A stretch of DNA of 64,000 nt from Camelus dromedarius (taxonomy: Eukaryota): contig NC_087436.1 in NCBI RefSeq assembly GCF_036321535.1, positions 75,456,001-75,520,000 on the forward strand, written 5' to 3'. The translations under genes and the position numbers were made by a program. Under the pieces are notes generated by a model. The model saw nothing but the letters and a program-made list of their open reading frames with translations. It was not told the DNA's origin and ran no database searches. Of this stretch, positions 26,156-39,008 are shown piece by piece (the stretch's first letter is position 1; the number at the start of each line of letters is the position of its first letter).

Positions 26156-26799
26156 ATTATGGATACAAGTTACATATCATTTATGTATAATAATCACAAT
26201 CACAATAGTTCCTAGCATCACGGATCATGATTGCAAGCATTTTATATGTTTTAACTCATCCAGTATTTAAAAAATGCAAGTTCAGTTGAAGAAAAGTATT
26301 TCCAGGTCTTGAGCTGTAGAAAATTTTGATTTTTTAATATAAGGTGTTTTTTTTTTTTATTGTAAAAGGACTCTGCATTTTTTAAGGGAAATTTGGGAAA
26401 AGCAGAAAAGAAAACAATCATTCATATTTCCACTATTCAAAAAGATCATGATAGAAGTTTTTTTGTAATCCATTCTAACTTTTTGGTAGGCAAATGTGGA
26501 TATATTTGTTTGTTTGCATAGTTTTAATCACATTCTAGAAGTTGGTGATCATCTCTGACAAAAGGAGAAATTACTTTGTTCAAATAGGGATTTTTCCCCA
26601 TAGTGGGTAGTGTAAATTCTTAAGAGAATAACTTGCTTTCAGCTTCTGTCCAGGTGCCTTGTGAACAGAGCTGTAACCTGTCTGCTTTTTTGTAGTCTCA
26701 TTAAAATGGTCTGTTCAGTCTGATGAGACTTCTTCCTCATGATAGTACCACCATTTTTAATACAGTTTTCCCATTCCCAATGTTGATTAATCTGAGTGG

Positions 26800-27700
26800 A
26801 TTGAACTTCATCTTCAGATATTTTTTCAAAAAAGATAGAAAACTGGTGTGTCTTCTGAGCCACTAAGTATTTGAGAATTATTTTCTTTTTGACTGCATTC
26901 ATGAAAGATAATTTGTAGGGGTCTAAAATTTAGGGGGATTATAACCTTCCCATATCAACTCCTTTCCATTGAATTCTGGAATTTAGTGCCATGAAGAAGT
27001 CTGAGGTTTGTCTGCTTTCTATTCTGTTATATTCAGCTAGTTTACTCTGTTGAATTCTTGCAAGATGTTTCTTTATCTTTATAATTAGAACTTTTTTCCA
27101 GGATATTTTTAAGTGAGGTGTCTTTCCACATATTTTACCTAGAATATTGCAAATCCCTTTCAGTCTGTATTCCAGTTTTCGAAATGTTTTCTTCAGCTGT
27201 GGCTTTGATTAGTCATGTCTGTTCCATTATTCTCATTTCTCCAGGAACACCTGTAATTCTTAGCTTGCTTCCTGATCTTTCCCCCTCATTATCGATCATA
27301 TTCTCTCATCATTTTTCACTTTGTGTCTTTCCTCTGCATTATGGAGAAAGTTTCTTGAGTTTGTATTTACTACCTCCAGTATTGATTTTAATTTGACAAT
27401 TTAGCTTTAATTTTCTTTTAATTCTTCCTTATTTTGCCTATCATTGGTTCATCTGCTTTTTTAATCCCAATGTTTTTTCTTTCTTTATTGCTTCTTGCTT
27501 CTATTTAATAAAGACTGCATTTTCTTGTATCTTACTGAGGTTGCAAAATGGCTTTTAAATCTTTTCTTTTAGATCCTGCAGTACGTAGTGTTCAGACATC
27601 TGCTTTTTCTGTGAATCTTCAGAATGTTATTACTTTTGTTTGCTGTTTAGGGTTTTTCCCCTCAAGTTCCTTTCTTTCTATTTCCTCATCCTTGATCAAG
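26800..27700 (-). mobile_element. Ancient L1M/HAL1-like ORF1-region fragment
   Basis: T-rich degraded sequence resembling antisense ORF1 (gaagaagtctgagg, gatgtttctttatcttt); limits uncertain. Confidence 0.45.
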
Positions 27701-28255
27701 AGAAATCTGTCCATACCTACTACTTGAAAGCTTCAGGGGTAAGTGGCCTGCTTTTGGCTAATTTCTCTTCTTGGCTCCATAGCCAGATGCTAAGAAATGT
27801 GCATATCTCCTCATCCAAAGGTCCGGCAGGTTTTTGTTTTGTGTATCTCTATTGTCCTGAGATGAGATCTTTTTCTATCTCCATTGCCCAAGCCTCTCAC
27901 ATTTTGAATTCATGAAACAAAAGACTATAACCCCCACTCTGCGCTGCTGCAAGGGTTCTCTCCATGTCGCTCAGGGACTGTGTGCTCCACTTGCGGGGCA
28001 TCCTCTTTCTGCTGCTTTCATCACTTCCTCTGCTCACCCTCCCCCAGTACACATGCATCCCACTCTTTGTGTTTTGTTTTGCTCTGTTTACATTATGGGC
28101 TCGACTAGGTATAGAAAGAAAGACATTGACAAAGGTGAAAGACTAGGTGGGCACTCTGGCCGCTCCAAACAGCAGCAGCCCCACCCTGTGGGGATGAACG
28201 CATGTTGTGTTTGATATAGGAAGGCAGAGATTTGAGAGGAAATGTTGGTTCTTAG

Positions 28256-28412
28256 TTTTTTTAACTTTTTTATTTTATTTATTTTTTGAAGGGGGGAGGT
28301 AATTAGGTTTATTTATTTGTTTAATTATTTATTGTAATGGAGGTACTGGGTATTGAACCCATGACCTCATGCATGCTAAGCACATGCTCTACCACTGAGC
28401 TATACCCTCCCC
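28256..28412 (-). mobile_element. tRNA-derived SINE, camelid Vic-1-like
   Basis: Minus strand ggggagggtatagctcagtggtagag (A box) and gggttcaatacccagtacctcca (B box), A-rich tail; tggttctta repeated at 28246-28254 and 28417-28425 as the probable TSD core. Confidence 0.9.
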
Positions 28413-28653
28413 TCAATGGTTCTTATTTCTGTTTAGGTTTACAAAGTAAAGAAAGGCCACAGACTGTCTTATGCTCAGTGGGACTTCCTCTTGGCAATGG
28501 CAGGAGGTTGGTGGTAGAATTTTCATCTAATTTCTATTGCTTCAGAAGTGTCATAGCGGAAGATACTTTGTTCAAGAGCTCTTGGCCATAATATGCTATA
28601 AATTCTGTCATAAGTATTTTTATTTAAGGAATGTGGAAAACGATAATTAAATA

Positions 28654-28884
28654 CCACTCACTCTTGAACAACATGGTGTGAACTACGTGGCTCCACTTAC
28701 ATGTGGATTTTTTCAGCAGTAAATACTACAGTACTAATTGATCCATGGTTGGTTGCATCCATGGATGTGGAACCACAGATATGGAGGAACTCTGGATACT
28801 GAGAACTGACTATAATTAATACTCAGATTTTCAACTGTGCAGAAGGTCACCTCCCTAACTGCCACATTGGTCAAGGGTCAACTG
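28654..28884. mobile_element. TcMar-Tigger non-autonomous element, Tigger2/MER8-like
   Basis: Ends ctcttgaacaacatgg and tcaagggtcaactg match the Tigger2 TIR CAGTTGACCCTTGAACAAC; TA at the left flank. Confidence 0.8.
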
Positions 28885-28989
28885 CGTATCTTAAAAGGTG
28901 GTCCTACCCAAAATTGTAATGTCATTAATCTTTTTTTTTTTTTTTTTTGGTATTGAACTCCTGTGATCACTGAGGGTGCCATATTAGAC

Positions 28990-29206
28990 TTGGGGTTGGC
29001 AAACTGTTTCTGTAAAGAGCCAGATAGTGAACATGTTCAGTTTTGCATGCCACATAGTTGGAACAACTGCTCAACCCTGCCGTTGTAGCACAAAAACATC
29101 CATAGATAGTATGTACATGAATAGATGTGGCTGTGTTCCGGTAAAAGTTTATGGAAATCAGTGGTGGGCTGGATCTGGTCATCAGTCTGTAGGATGCTGG
29201 CTCCTG
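28990..29206. mobile_element. hAT-Charlie element, MER58A-like
   Basis: ggggttggcaaactgtttctgtaaagagccagatagt..ggctgtgttccggtaaaagtttat. Confidence 0.8.
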
Positions 29207-31173
29207 TAGAATCTGTAGGTTTGGAAGGGCAAGTGTACATAGACCAGAATGATGGGATTCAGGTATAAGATAGCAACAAAAATGTACCGCTAAAAGGTCT
29301 TTCTCATTTCTCGGACCCATCTTGCTGCTCATCTTCTTCTTACTTGCCTCTCTTGTCCTGCTTATAAAGCACTGGCCCAGATGGGATCTCAATTCTCATG
29401 AAGTTCTCTCATATCCTGGGATATTTTCTCTGTAAATGCTTTTCCTTCTTGTCCTTGTGGGTCTCTATTTGTAAAGAAAGAGTCTGTTTCTGTCAATAAA
29501 ATATATAATTAGGTATTGTCCATAAAAGTCAGAAAGCCTCGTTTTCCTTGTACCAACCTCTATACAAGTAATTACTCTTTCCTCATGCTCTCCAGTTGAC
29601 TCTGCCATTTAACTTGGGTTTAGTCCATGTTGGTTAAGACAGATTGAGACTAACTCTCTATTTCCCTTTGAGATGTGTGATCATGACATTTGTTCCCTGT
29701 TTACTTAACACTGTGTAAGTTCATTGTCTATTTCAATAAAGTTACTGAATAGTGAGTGTGACATCAGATATACTTTTATTTTACTTCCTCATTGATATTT
29801 CTTTAAACTGAAGACTTCTGAGGTCAAGAAATGCTCAGTGATTTCATAAATGTCCAGTTTTCACATACTCCATTAAATATCAATTGTCACAATATTTTTG
29901 TAGAATTATAAAGAAATAAAATAACCTAGACAAGAGAAAACAGTTCTCATTTTAATTCTAGTGATTCAGATGTTTGAAATAAATCCCTATTAGATAGTAA
30001 TACATTACTCTAACTGATCATAGATAATTGAGTATAACTTAGTTAAAAAACTACTGAGATGTGATTGGAATTTTCCATGAAAGATGAAGCTTACTTGACC
30101 CCTATACTACAACACACCTCCAAGTACCCTGGCCTTCTTTTTTTGCAGAGTGAATTCCCTAGCAACCATGATAATACAATCCCATTTTCTCCTTCTTGTA
30201 AGAGAAAGTGCAAATAAATGTTGAGGAGATATCTTCTATATAAGATCTACCACCTCTTAGTCATTGAAACTTGGTTTATTCTAATCTTCCTTTTCCTACC
30301 TTTTATTTGTCTACCTTCCTGCCATTCAAAAGGCTCGTTGATAAGTCAAAGTGAGAAGCTGACTCTTTGGCATTAATGAGGAGACTGTTGCTATGAAAAT
30401 TCTTCTTAGGGCAGCAGAATGGTCTGATATTTTTGGGGTTGGGAGTAGTAAAGCTGAGAATGTAGGAATAAGGTGATGGAGGGTCCTTTGGGCATTTAGT
30501 GTTTGTCACCCACATTTCTCTGCACTGGCTTATTCCTAGATATCTAAGATCATGATTAATTTTTTCATGTTCAAGACCTCCCTAATACATATATATATAA
30601 ATGTGTGGATTCACATAAAAATGAAAAAAATAGTGAAATAGTTTATCAAGGGAGGGATACATTCACTTTGACATCAGCAGTAACTCAGTAAGAATGTAAA
30701 TGTTCTTAAGTGTTGAGATGGTTGTTGCTCTGAAGTCCCTCTTTCAACCATTTACTATTACCAGGTCAGCTCTGTGACCTTGGACAAGTCACGCAACCTC
30801 TCTGTTCTTTACTTTTCTTTGTAAAGGTGGGAAAAGGGCGTCTACTTCACAGGGTCATGTACAGCACTTAAAACAGTACCTGGCAAACACAAAGTCCTAT
30901 TATTATTGTTAACTGTTATTAGTTGTGCCTTTGTTTGTTCTTAGAAGTGGCTGGGACTTGAGGAATGGGCAGACTTCTTCAGAGTCCCACTGACCTGAGA
31001 AGAGCTAATTCTTATCAAAGCCCCAGGCAACTAATAAATACTAAACGAGAGGAAATTGCTGTTTCTGAATGCCTGAGGCACGTGATTGAGTTGGCTGTGA
31101 GTGAAGTGTTCCTACTGCCATGGATTTTATTAATATGGCCTTTTGATGGGTTGTTTTTTGGTGGGGTGTTAAG

Positions 31174-31257
31174 GATGAAACTGTAGTCCGAGTCCCTGGA
31201 AAGTGTTGCCCACAGTGCTCTTCGCGATCCTGTGCTGCAGCTGGCCGAGTATACGAG
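31174..31257 (+). CDS. FRAS1: FRAS1 exon 7 equivalent, 84 nt (DETVVRVPGKCCPQCSSRSCAAAGRVYE)
   Basis: gtgttaag|GAT acceptor, GAG|gtgagc donor; phase 0-0; end of VWC3 and start of VWC4. Confidence 0.95.
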
Positions 31258-32134
31258 GTGAGCTTTGATGTGCCCCGTATTGGTGTTCTGATGTCCGTTC
31301 CTAAACTTCTGCCCCCACCCCACCTCCCTTCTAACCCCCATACCTCCCACACCCATGTCTGACTCTTTGCCAGGATTAGGAACTCCGTACATAAATGGTT
31401 TTTTTCTTCTCTTCACGAAGAGCCTTTGTGAAAAAAATTAAATTGGAGGGGATTAGAAATATAAAAGAATGTTCTGGCAAGCAGCACCTGGTTCATGAAC
31501 CTTGGTAAACTTACTGTTCACACATCTTAAGGGAAAAAGGACTGTCATTGGTTACTCTCAGTTTACTCTTAGGTTGGAGGCTCTGGGAATGTCTGTCTGC
31601 TTTGGCTGGATTTTATGCACTGGTATCCAGAGACAGTGTCTCCCTGCCTTACAGTGGGGTCAGGGGCATGGGGGTGGGAGATGAGAGAGGGAAGGGAAGC
31701 GAGAAACTGGTGGTAGTGGGTTCCACAGACTTGAAAGTACTGCTCAGGCAGTCTGGATAACTACCCAGCACCTAGTAGTCACCACATAAAAGTGAGTTCA
31801 ACAAACAGAATGAATGATCTGTCTTGGGAGACAGCTGAGTCAAAAGAAGGTTAATTATTCATAAGCAAACAATATATGAAAAATAAGCCCTACTACTTCC
31901 CTTGTGTGCCAGTCATTCTATGGAAGACCAAATAGAAACTGGGATTTTGACTCTCAGTAGAGAATCTGGAACTGAATATTAGGGGATGGGTGTCACAAAT
32001 TCTAGACAGGTCACTGGAAGTCTAAATGAAAATAACTAACAGGGAAAGGCTTTGAGTATGTGCCAGATCTGTGCTGTCCAGTACAGTAGCCACACGCGTG
32101 CTGGATTAATTTCTCCTGGAAGAGAGAGCCTCTA

Positions 32135-32590
32135 CATCTGTTGTGGCAAGTAACAGAAATGCTCCTCTACAAGTGGCTAAAATGAAACATTTATTACCTC
32201 CTGGAGCAAGAAGCTCAGAGGTGGGGCAGTTGGGGGTTGATCAACCAGGTCTCAATGACGTTGTCAAGGATTTACACTCTTTGACCTTTCCACCCTGCCG
32301 TCTTTAGCATTTTGGCATTTACTTTCTGTCTCTTCCCCTCCTGTCCCAGTATGTTCCACAGCTTCAGGCATCTCCTTCTCACCCAATCATCACTAGAGCC
32401 TGGTGGAAGAAAGGGTTTTTCTCCCTTTATGGGGGAGAAGAGTCTTTTCCTCACCCTCTGCTGCTCCAGCCCACTTTCCCTGAGGTCCCCTGGGTTAGGA
32501 CTGGGACAGAGTCTGTGCACTGGCTGCAGGGAAGCCTGGGAAAGTGAGCATGTGGTGGTGCGAGGTGGTCTTCCAGCAGAGTGACCATTG
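32135..32590. mobile_element. Old MaLR LTR, MLT1-type
   Basis: gttgtggcaagtaacagaaa..aagtggctaaaa..atttatt start resembles old MLT1 subfamilies. Confidence 0.55.
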
Positions 32591-32898
32591 ATTAGGCAGC
32601 AAAGAGGATCTTCTTATTAATCTCCATGTTCCAGGGCCTCTACATGCCAGGCATAGAGCAGGCCCTCGGTGCATCTGTGGAATGAATATAGTTGGATGAA
32701 AACAAATCCAAAGTTCTCTTTGGACATTTACTGACTTTTTTTCTTGGAGACTACTGCTGCCTCAAGGATGATAATTTTCAGGAGTACATTCAATGTGGCT
32801 CAATTAAAAACTATAATAAAAATTGGGTCTTATGGATCTGTTTCTATTTGATACATGCAACATTGGATTTTCCACTTTTTTCCTCTTTCTTTACACAG

Positions 32899-33000
32899 CA
32901 TGGTGAGCAGTGGAGTGAAAATGCCTGCACCACGTGTATATGTGACCAGGGTGAGGTCAGGTGCCACAGACAGACCTGCCCTCCATTAAGATGTGAAAAG
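32899..33000 (+). CDS. FRAS1: FRAS1 exon 8 equivalent, 102 nt, VWC4 (HGEQWSENACTTCICDQGEVRCHRQTCPPLRCEK)
   Basis: ctttctttacacag|CAT acceptor, AAG|gtattt donor; phase 0-0. Confidence 0.97.
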
Positions 33001-33062
33001 GTATTTGGGAGTGTGTAGCTCGATTTTTGCTTTATCAGGGGCGGTCTAAGAAATGCATTTCT

Positions 33063-33133
33063 CATAATTGGGACATTGTGCTGTACACCAGAAATTGACA
33101 CATTGTAATTGACTGTACTTCAACCAAAAAAAA
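33063..33133 (+). mobile_element. Very short L1 3'-terminal insertion with poly(A) and TSD
   Basis: tgctgtacaccagaaattgacacattgtaa..cttcaa is the L1 3' terminus; TSD aaatgcatttct at 33051-33062 and 33134-33145. Confidence 0.9.
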
Positions 33134-33390
33134 AAATGCATTTCTTAGTCCAGTGTGTCCTCTGAAGGAATCAAAAGTTTTATGATGTTCAGAATATTGG
33201 AAAGAAATAGGAAAAATCTGCTTCCCAGGGAGGAGGCTGAGGTGGAAGGGAGGTCGTCTCAGCTGGATTAGGTGCTGAGAAAGAAACAGCGCCCAGAGTT
33301 GGGGTTTTACGTCCTGGTGCCCCGTCGGCTCGGATGTCTTCGCGCCCTCCTGACCACTGCCCTTCACCCGCCATTCTCTGTGTTTCCTAG

Positions 33391-33585
33391 GGTCAGAGAA
33401 GGGTTCGGCGTCATGGGCAGTGCTGTGAGGCCTGTGTGTCTCCTGCCGGAAGCTGCTCGCACGGTGGTGGGATTGTGCGGTACCAGGATGAAATGTGGAA
33501 GGGCTCGGCCTGTAAGTTCTGCACATGTGACCGTGGCCAAGTGACCTGCCAGACTGCAGCGTGTGCCAAGGTGGAGTGTGACCAG
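33391..33585 (+). CDS. FRAS1: FRAS1 exon 9 equivalent, 195 nt, end of VWC4 and VWC5 (GQRRVRRHGQCCEACVSPAGSCSHGGGIVRYQDEMWKGSACKFCTCDRGQVTCQTAACAKVECDQ)
   Basis: tgtttcctag|GGT acceptor, CAG|gtaagg donor; phase 0-0. Confidence 0.97.
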
Positions 33586-34977
33586 GTAAGGAGAAGAGGC
33601 ATTTCTGTGTGGAGAACATTCTCTCCAGCGGGATCAGTGGTCCCTCACCTGCTCCTTCCCTCTTGGCAGCAGAGGGGATGCTCAGTTCCAAGGAGCCTTC
33701 TAGCACAGCCCTTCCTGTGGTGTAGCATCAGTGTCACTCTGCTCAGACTGGCCTGAAACAGCCCCCTGGAGCTGTTAGATCTCAGTGCATCTGGTCAACT
33801 CGGGAGCCCTGAGCCAGCAACAGGAAAGGATAGGACATGATACGGGATGTTAGCCTATCAGTCAGCACGCTGGACCTCCAGCTGGTGGCCAGCCCAGTTC
33901 GCTTGGGTTGTCCGCAGGTGCCCTGGTGGTCCAGCTCCCATCTCAGGCCCCGCTGGCAGTGTTAAGCAGAAAGGAGAGCCAGCACCCAGAGGCTGCTCCT
34001 GTGTCTTGGGAAAGAAAATTGAAATGTGTTTTTGTTTTTGTTTTAAAGAACCAGGGAGGGGACCTCATAAATAGTTAACTCTGTTGACCTTTGTCAACTC
34101 TGCTGTCTGCAGAATTTCTAGAATCTTCCAACAAAGCAGCCTCTGTTTGGACTATAGATGTATAATGTGGAGAAATTGCTTCCTCCCCCCCCCCCTTTGA
34201 ACTCAATTTTGACCCACTGCAAAACAAACTGCTTTTAAAGCTGTCTCCTTCTCCCTCACCACTCCCATCCGCCCCACCGATTTCCCCTGGGGTTGTGAAC
34301 TCAAATAGATGCGGGAAACTTGGAAGATCTGAAGTGCTGGGTGTCTGTGAAGGCATTTTTCTTTCTGGTTCTTCTCCCCCACATCTCAGCTCCTCTTAGC
34401 ACGGTTGCTGAGGAGGAACAGGCTTTCAAACAGGGCTGTCAATGACAGGTGCTTTTTCATGTTGCCTCCTACTTCTGTGTCTGGGCAGAGCTGAGACGTA
34501 GTTAGGGAAGGAGGATCTTGCCTCTTGTAGTTTATGTCCCTCCACGTGCCTTTTCTTTTCTTCTCTTTCTTTATGTCAGGGGTATCAGAATGGTTGGACG
34601 AAGATGAGAAAAACCCTAGTAAGGGCCTTTTTCTGTCTCCCTCTCTGTCAGGCTGAGGCTGGGCTTCCTGGCCTCGGCAGTCTGCCCAGAGGATGCTGGT
34701 TATTTCCAAGGTTTTAATTTGTCTGATATCCTGGGGTTTATGGAACATCGAGGAGAGGTGATCCTGGTAGGGAGGGTCCTTTAAGCCACCTATTTGCAGT
34801 CAGGTCTAAACAAAGAGTCTCACATACAGAAAATAATTTGACCCATTATCCCTATGTCAATGCATTTCGAAGTACCGGCCAGCCCTCCAGGCACCTGCCT
34901 GTGGTAGCATGAGCCAGTTCTTTTCTGTTCTTAGGAAAAGGGGGAGCAACCACTGACGTAAGTGGAGAAGGCATAAG

Positions 34978-36790
34978 TAAAGCTGGGTTGGTGGTGCTGA
35001 AATCTTTTAGATTTTGTCTATCTGTGGAGCTTTTGATTTCTCCATCAAGTCTGAACGAGAGCCTTGCTGGATAGAGTATTCTTGGTTGTAAGTTTCCTCC
35101 TTTCATCACTTTAAATATATGGTGCCACTCCCTTCTAGCCTGTAGAGTTTCTGCTGAAAAATCAGCTGATAACCTTATGGGAGTTCCCTTGTATGTTATT
35201 TGTTGCTTTTCTCTTGCTAATTTTAATATTTTCTCCTTATCCTTAATTGTTGTCAATTTGATGACTATGTGCCTTGGTGTGTTCCTCTTTGGGTTGATTC
35301 TGTATGATACTCTCTGCGTTTCCTGGACTTGGGTGCTTGTTTCCTTTCCCAAGTTGGGGAAGTTTTCAGTGATTATCTCTCCAAAAATTTTCTCAGGTCC
35401 TTTCTCTCTCTCTCTTCTCTTTCTGAGACCCCTATAATGTGAATATTATTGCACTTCATATTGTCCCAGAGTTCTCTTAAACTATCCTCATTTCTTTTCA
35501 TTCTTTTTTCTGTTCTGAAGCAGTGATTTCCACTAACCTGTCTTCTAGCTCACTAATCTGTTCTTCTGCTTCATTTAGTCTATTCTTGGTTTCTTCTAGT
35601 GTGTTACTCATTTCAGTGATTTTGTTCTTCAACTCTGTTTGGGTAGTCTTTATATTTTCCAACTCTTTGCTAAAAATTTCACTCTATGCATCTAATCTCC
35701 TCTTGAGTTCCCTGAACATCTTCACCATCATTACTTTAAACTCTTTCTCAGATAAATTGCCTATCTCCTCATCACTTACTTCTTCTTCTGGGATTTTATC
35801 TTGTTTCTTGGCCTGGGAGATGTTCCTTTGCCGCCTCATATCGTCTATCTTTCTATGTGTTTGTGGATTCTTTCCACAGGCTTTGGGATTATTGTTTTCT
35901 TAATTCTGTTATCTGCACCTGGTGGATGAGGCTGGACTAGAGGCTTATGCAGGGTTCCTGGCAGGAGGAGCGGGTGCCTGCCCCCTGCTGGGTGAAGCTT
36001 GGTCCTGGACCACTGGTGGGTAGGGCTGTGTCTAGAGGCCTTTGTGGCTTAGGAGATCTGCTGATGGGTGCGGCTGTGTTCCCACTCTGTATGTTGTTTG
36101 GCCTGAGACTTGCCTACAGGCTGTTGGGTGGGGCTAGGTCTTGGTGCTAATGATCCAATCAAGGTGTCAGCCTCCATGTAGATTAACGCTTTTGGAATGT
36201 CTGCCACCAGCTTTTATATCCCCTAAGTGAGCTTCAGCCATCCCTTACATCCCTAGGAGACCCTCCAAATCCAGCAGGCAGGCCTGTGAAATCTGGGCAG
36301 GCCTAGCCCAGGCTCCTGTGAAATCACTGCCTCTGCCCATGAACTTGGTGCACATGAGTTTCTGTGTACACTTCCCAAGTGAATGGAGTCTCCGTTTCCC
36401 CTAGTCCCGTGAGGCTCCCAGAGCCAAACCCTGCTGGCCTTCAAAACCAGATGTCCTGTGGTCTCCTGCTCTTCCCAATGCCGGGACTTAAGCTGGGGAG
36501 CCTGACATGGGGCTTAGAGCTCTCACCTCTGTGGGAGGGCCTCTGTAACTTAACAGATCTTCAGCTTGTGGGTCGCCCACCTGAGGGGTATGGGGCCCAA
36601 TTATATCATGAGCATGCCCCTCCTGCTGTCCTTCTCTGTGTTTCCCTCTTTATATTTCCAGTTGCTGAAGATCTTTTTTGCTAGGTTCCAGTCTCTTTTT
36701 GATGGTTGTTTAGCATTCAGTTGTGGTTTCGTTGTAGTCTCCAGGAGAGGCAAGCTCGTGGTCCTACCGCTCTGTCATCTTGACTGGAAA
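34978..36790 (-). mobile_element. Antisense L1 5'UTR + ORF1, 3'-truncated
   Basis: ORF 34852-35352 contains ORF1p (RNTPRHIVIKL..KGTPIRLSADFSAETLQARREW..LQPRILYPARLSF); GC-richer 5'UTR ends near 36790. Confidence 0.92.
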
Positions 36791-39008
36791 TTTGACCCTT
36801 GTCTTTGATGTATAAAACCAAGTCCCTAGACATTGAAACATAAATAAATCATAAATAAATCATAGCATAATCTGGTGATTTCTATGATTCTGTATTTAGT
36901 ATTATCTTTGAGCATGAATTCACATGAAGTCAATTTATCTTTTTTTTAAAAGAAACTTGCACTCATATATGAGGGATTAAATGTGGGGGGGAGTCAAAGC
37001 TTGTAGCAAATGCACGGATGAGGGTAGTCGTGCCATCAGTGTGAGATGCCCTTCCCTTCTCCAGTGGAGGGAGAGTCCCTCAAGAGCCTTTCCTTTTCCA
37101 GTGGACAGGTGAGTGGATTAATACAGTCTTTGGTCTGGTGGGTGGCTGTTGGTGTGATTCAGTGGGGAGGGGTTAGCAGAGTCCACCTGGCCTATGAAGC
37201 AGAATCCTCTTAGAAAGAAAAGGGTTACTTTTGTTTCACAGAGTAGTTTTTCTCAAAGCAAAAGGCAAATGCTAATTGGAGCAGGCTCCCTACTGCAGTG
37301 AACTGTCGCAGTTTGGGGCACCCAGACGTCTATAAATAGCAGATCTGTTTATAACTTCCTATCTCACCAAAACTCCTTCCCCAGGAGCAGGGCTTGCTGT
37401 TATTTACAGCTGCGTTTGAAGACACCGAAAAGCCACCTTCTTTGCCTTATCGGGGTGATGCAGGCTCCGTTTTCAGTCCTGTCTGTGTGTACTGGAGCAG
37501 GCACTCAAGAATCTCTCATGCATTTCGTCTTTAATAGAAGTACACATACTCTGTCTCGTTTCAAAACATTGTTTTAAGTGACTTAGATAACAGGTTTATA
37601 AACCCCTTTATATGCTTAGAGAGCAAATTTCACTGTTTCTGTGTTATGCCTTCACCACCAGCTGATTTGTCACTTTTAGGCAAAACAATTTATATGTAAA
37701 TAACGTCTGCTCCCTAAAGCACTCTTTGCTCTCTCTTTTGGCCTCTGATTGGCATGAAGTTTTGAAGGACAGTAATCTATTTAACTCCCTCCTTTTTTAA
37801 ATTACTTTTCAGATACTATAAAAAGTCATGATCATTCATATACTTGTGTTTCTTTTAAAAGTTGTCTTTTCCTTCGTTAAAATAATACACATTCATTCTA
37901 GAAAATTGAAGACGCAAGAGAGGCAGAAAAGAGACTTTAAAATTTACCCATAATGCTACAATTTAAAGACAACCAATGCTTTTATTTTATATTTTTCTTT
38001 AATGAACAGCATTTTTAAACATAAAACATCATCTGATTTTTCTGTTTATGCAGTTTTACATTATTCAGTTTTTACCCAACATGGTTTTTGCACTTCAAAT
38101 GTAATACAGATCGCAAATTAAATAATGTCTTCATGCAAAGAAAACCACCATTTTTTAGAAAGTAGATTATATCTTTAGAAAGTGGAAAGTGCTACAAAGA
38201 ATACTCTTTAGCCTGTAGATACTAGATGGTAGTAAATGCATGCGAAAAATTCTAAATAGAGGTTGTATTTTTAACAGCAGAGTTCCTGGGATGTAGGACT
38301 GCAGTGGAATTATGTTTTCTGAGTTACAGAATTCAAAATTATTTAATTTGTTATAGTACACATTTATTATTTTTTAATAAATCAAAATTTGAAATGATTG
38401 ATGCTGGGCAGTTAAAATAATAAGACTTTGGAAGTTAAATGTCTACCTTCCTCCTGTGGCATTTCTTTCCTTCCTCTTATAATTTTTAAAATAGTGATTA
38501 TGCGAGTTGGATAACAGCTTCAGAAAAGAAATTAGTTTTCTGCTCTTTAATTTATGCCTGAGACTTCATCTGTGCATAAAAGGATGTGTCTGATTTTGTA
38601 TTCAAGGAAAAATGTTGATTTGATTTGAGCACTGTTAATGAAATGAAATCACAAGTTCAAACCTTGTATATTTAGGGTAGCCTGATCCTTTTCTGAAACT
38701 GGTAACTTTCCAAGACTGTAACATTAATCTTGGCCATTCTTCTTCTTTGTGTGAGTTCCTGGTCGTGGGTAGGAAATTACGCCCAAGTATCACCAGAACT
38801 GGAAAGAACTTGGAGGAAGGGATGAGCTGTACTGAGTAGGCTTTCCATAGGAAGATGGCGCAGGCGAGATGGACTAAGTCGTGGGCCAAAGCAGAGGGCT
38901 GTTTTGAGGTTTTTCATTCTAGTCAGGGAATTTAGCTGCTTTGCAATTTAGCATTGCTACCTGGAGATGTTAATTTGATATGTGCCTCCGCAACCCTTTC
39001 TTCTACAG

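Noticed and set aside
33062..33706. 214-aa minus-strand ORF
   Set aside because: Antisense shadow of GC-rich exon 9 and its flanks, ending in an L1 tail; no recognisable domain.
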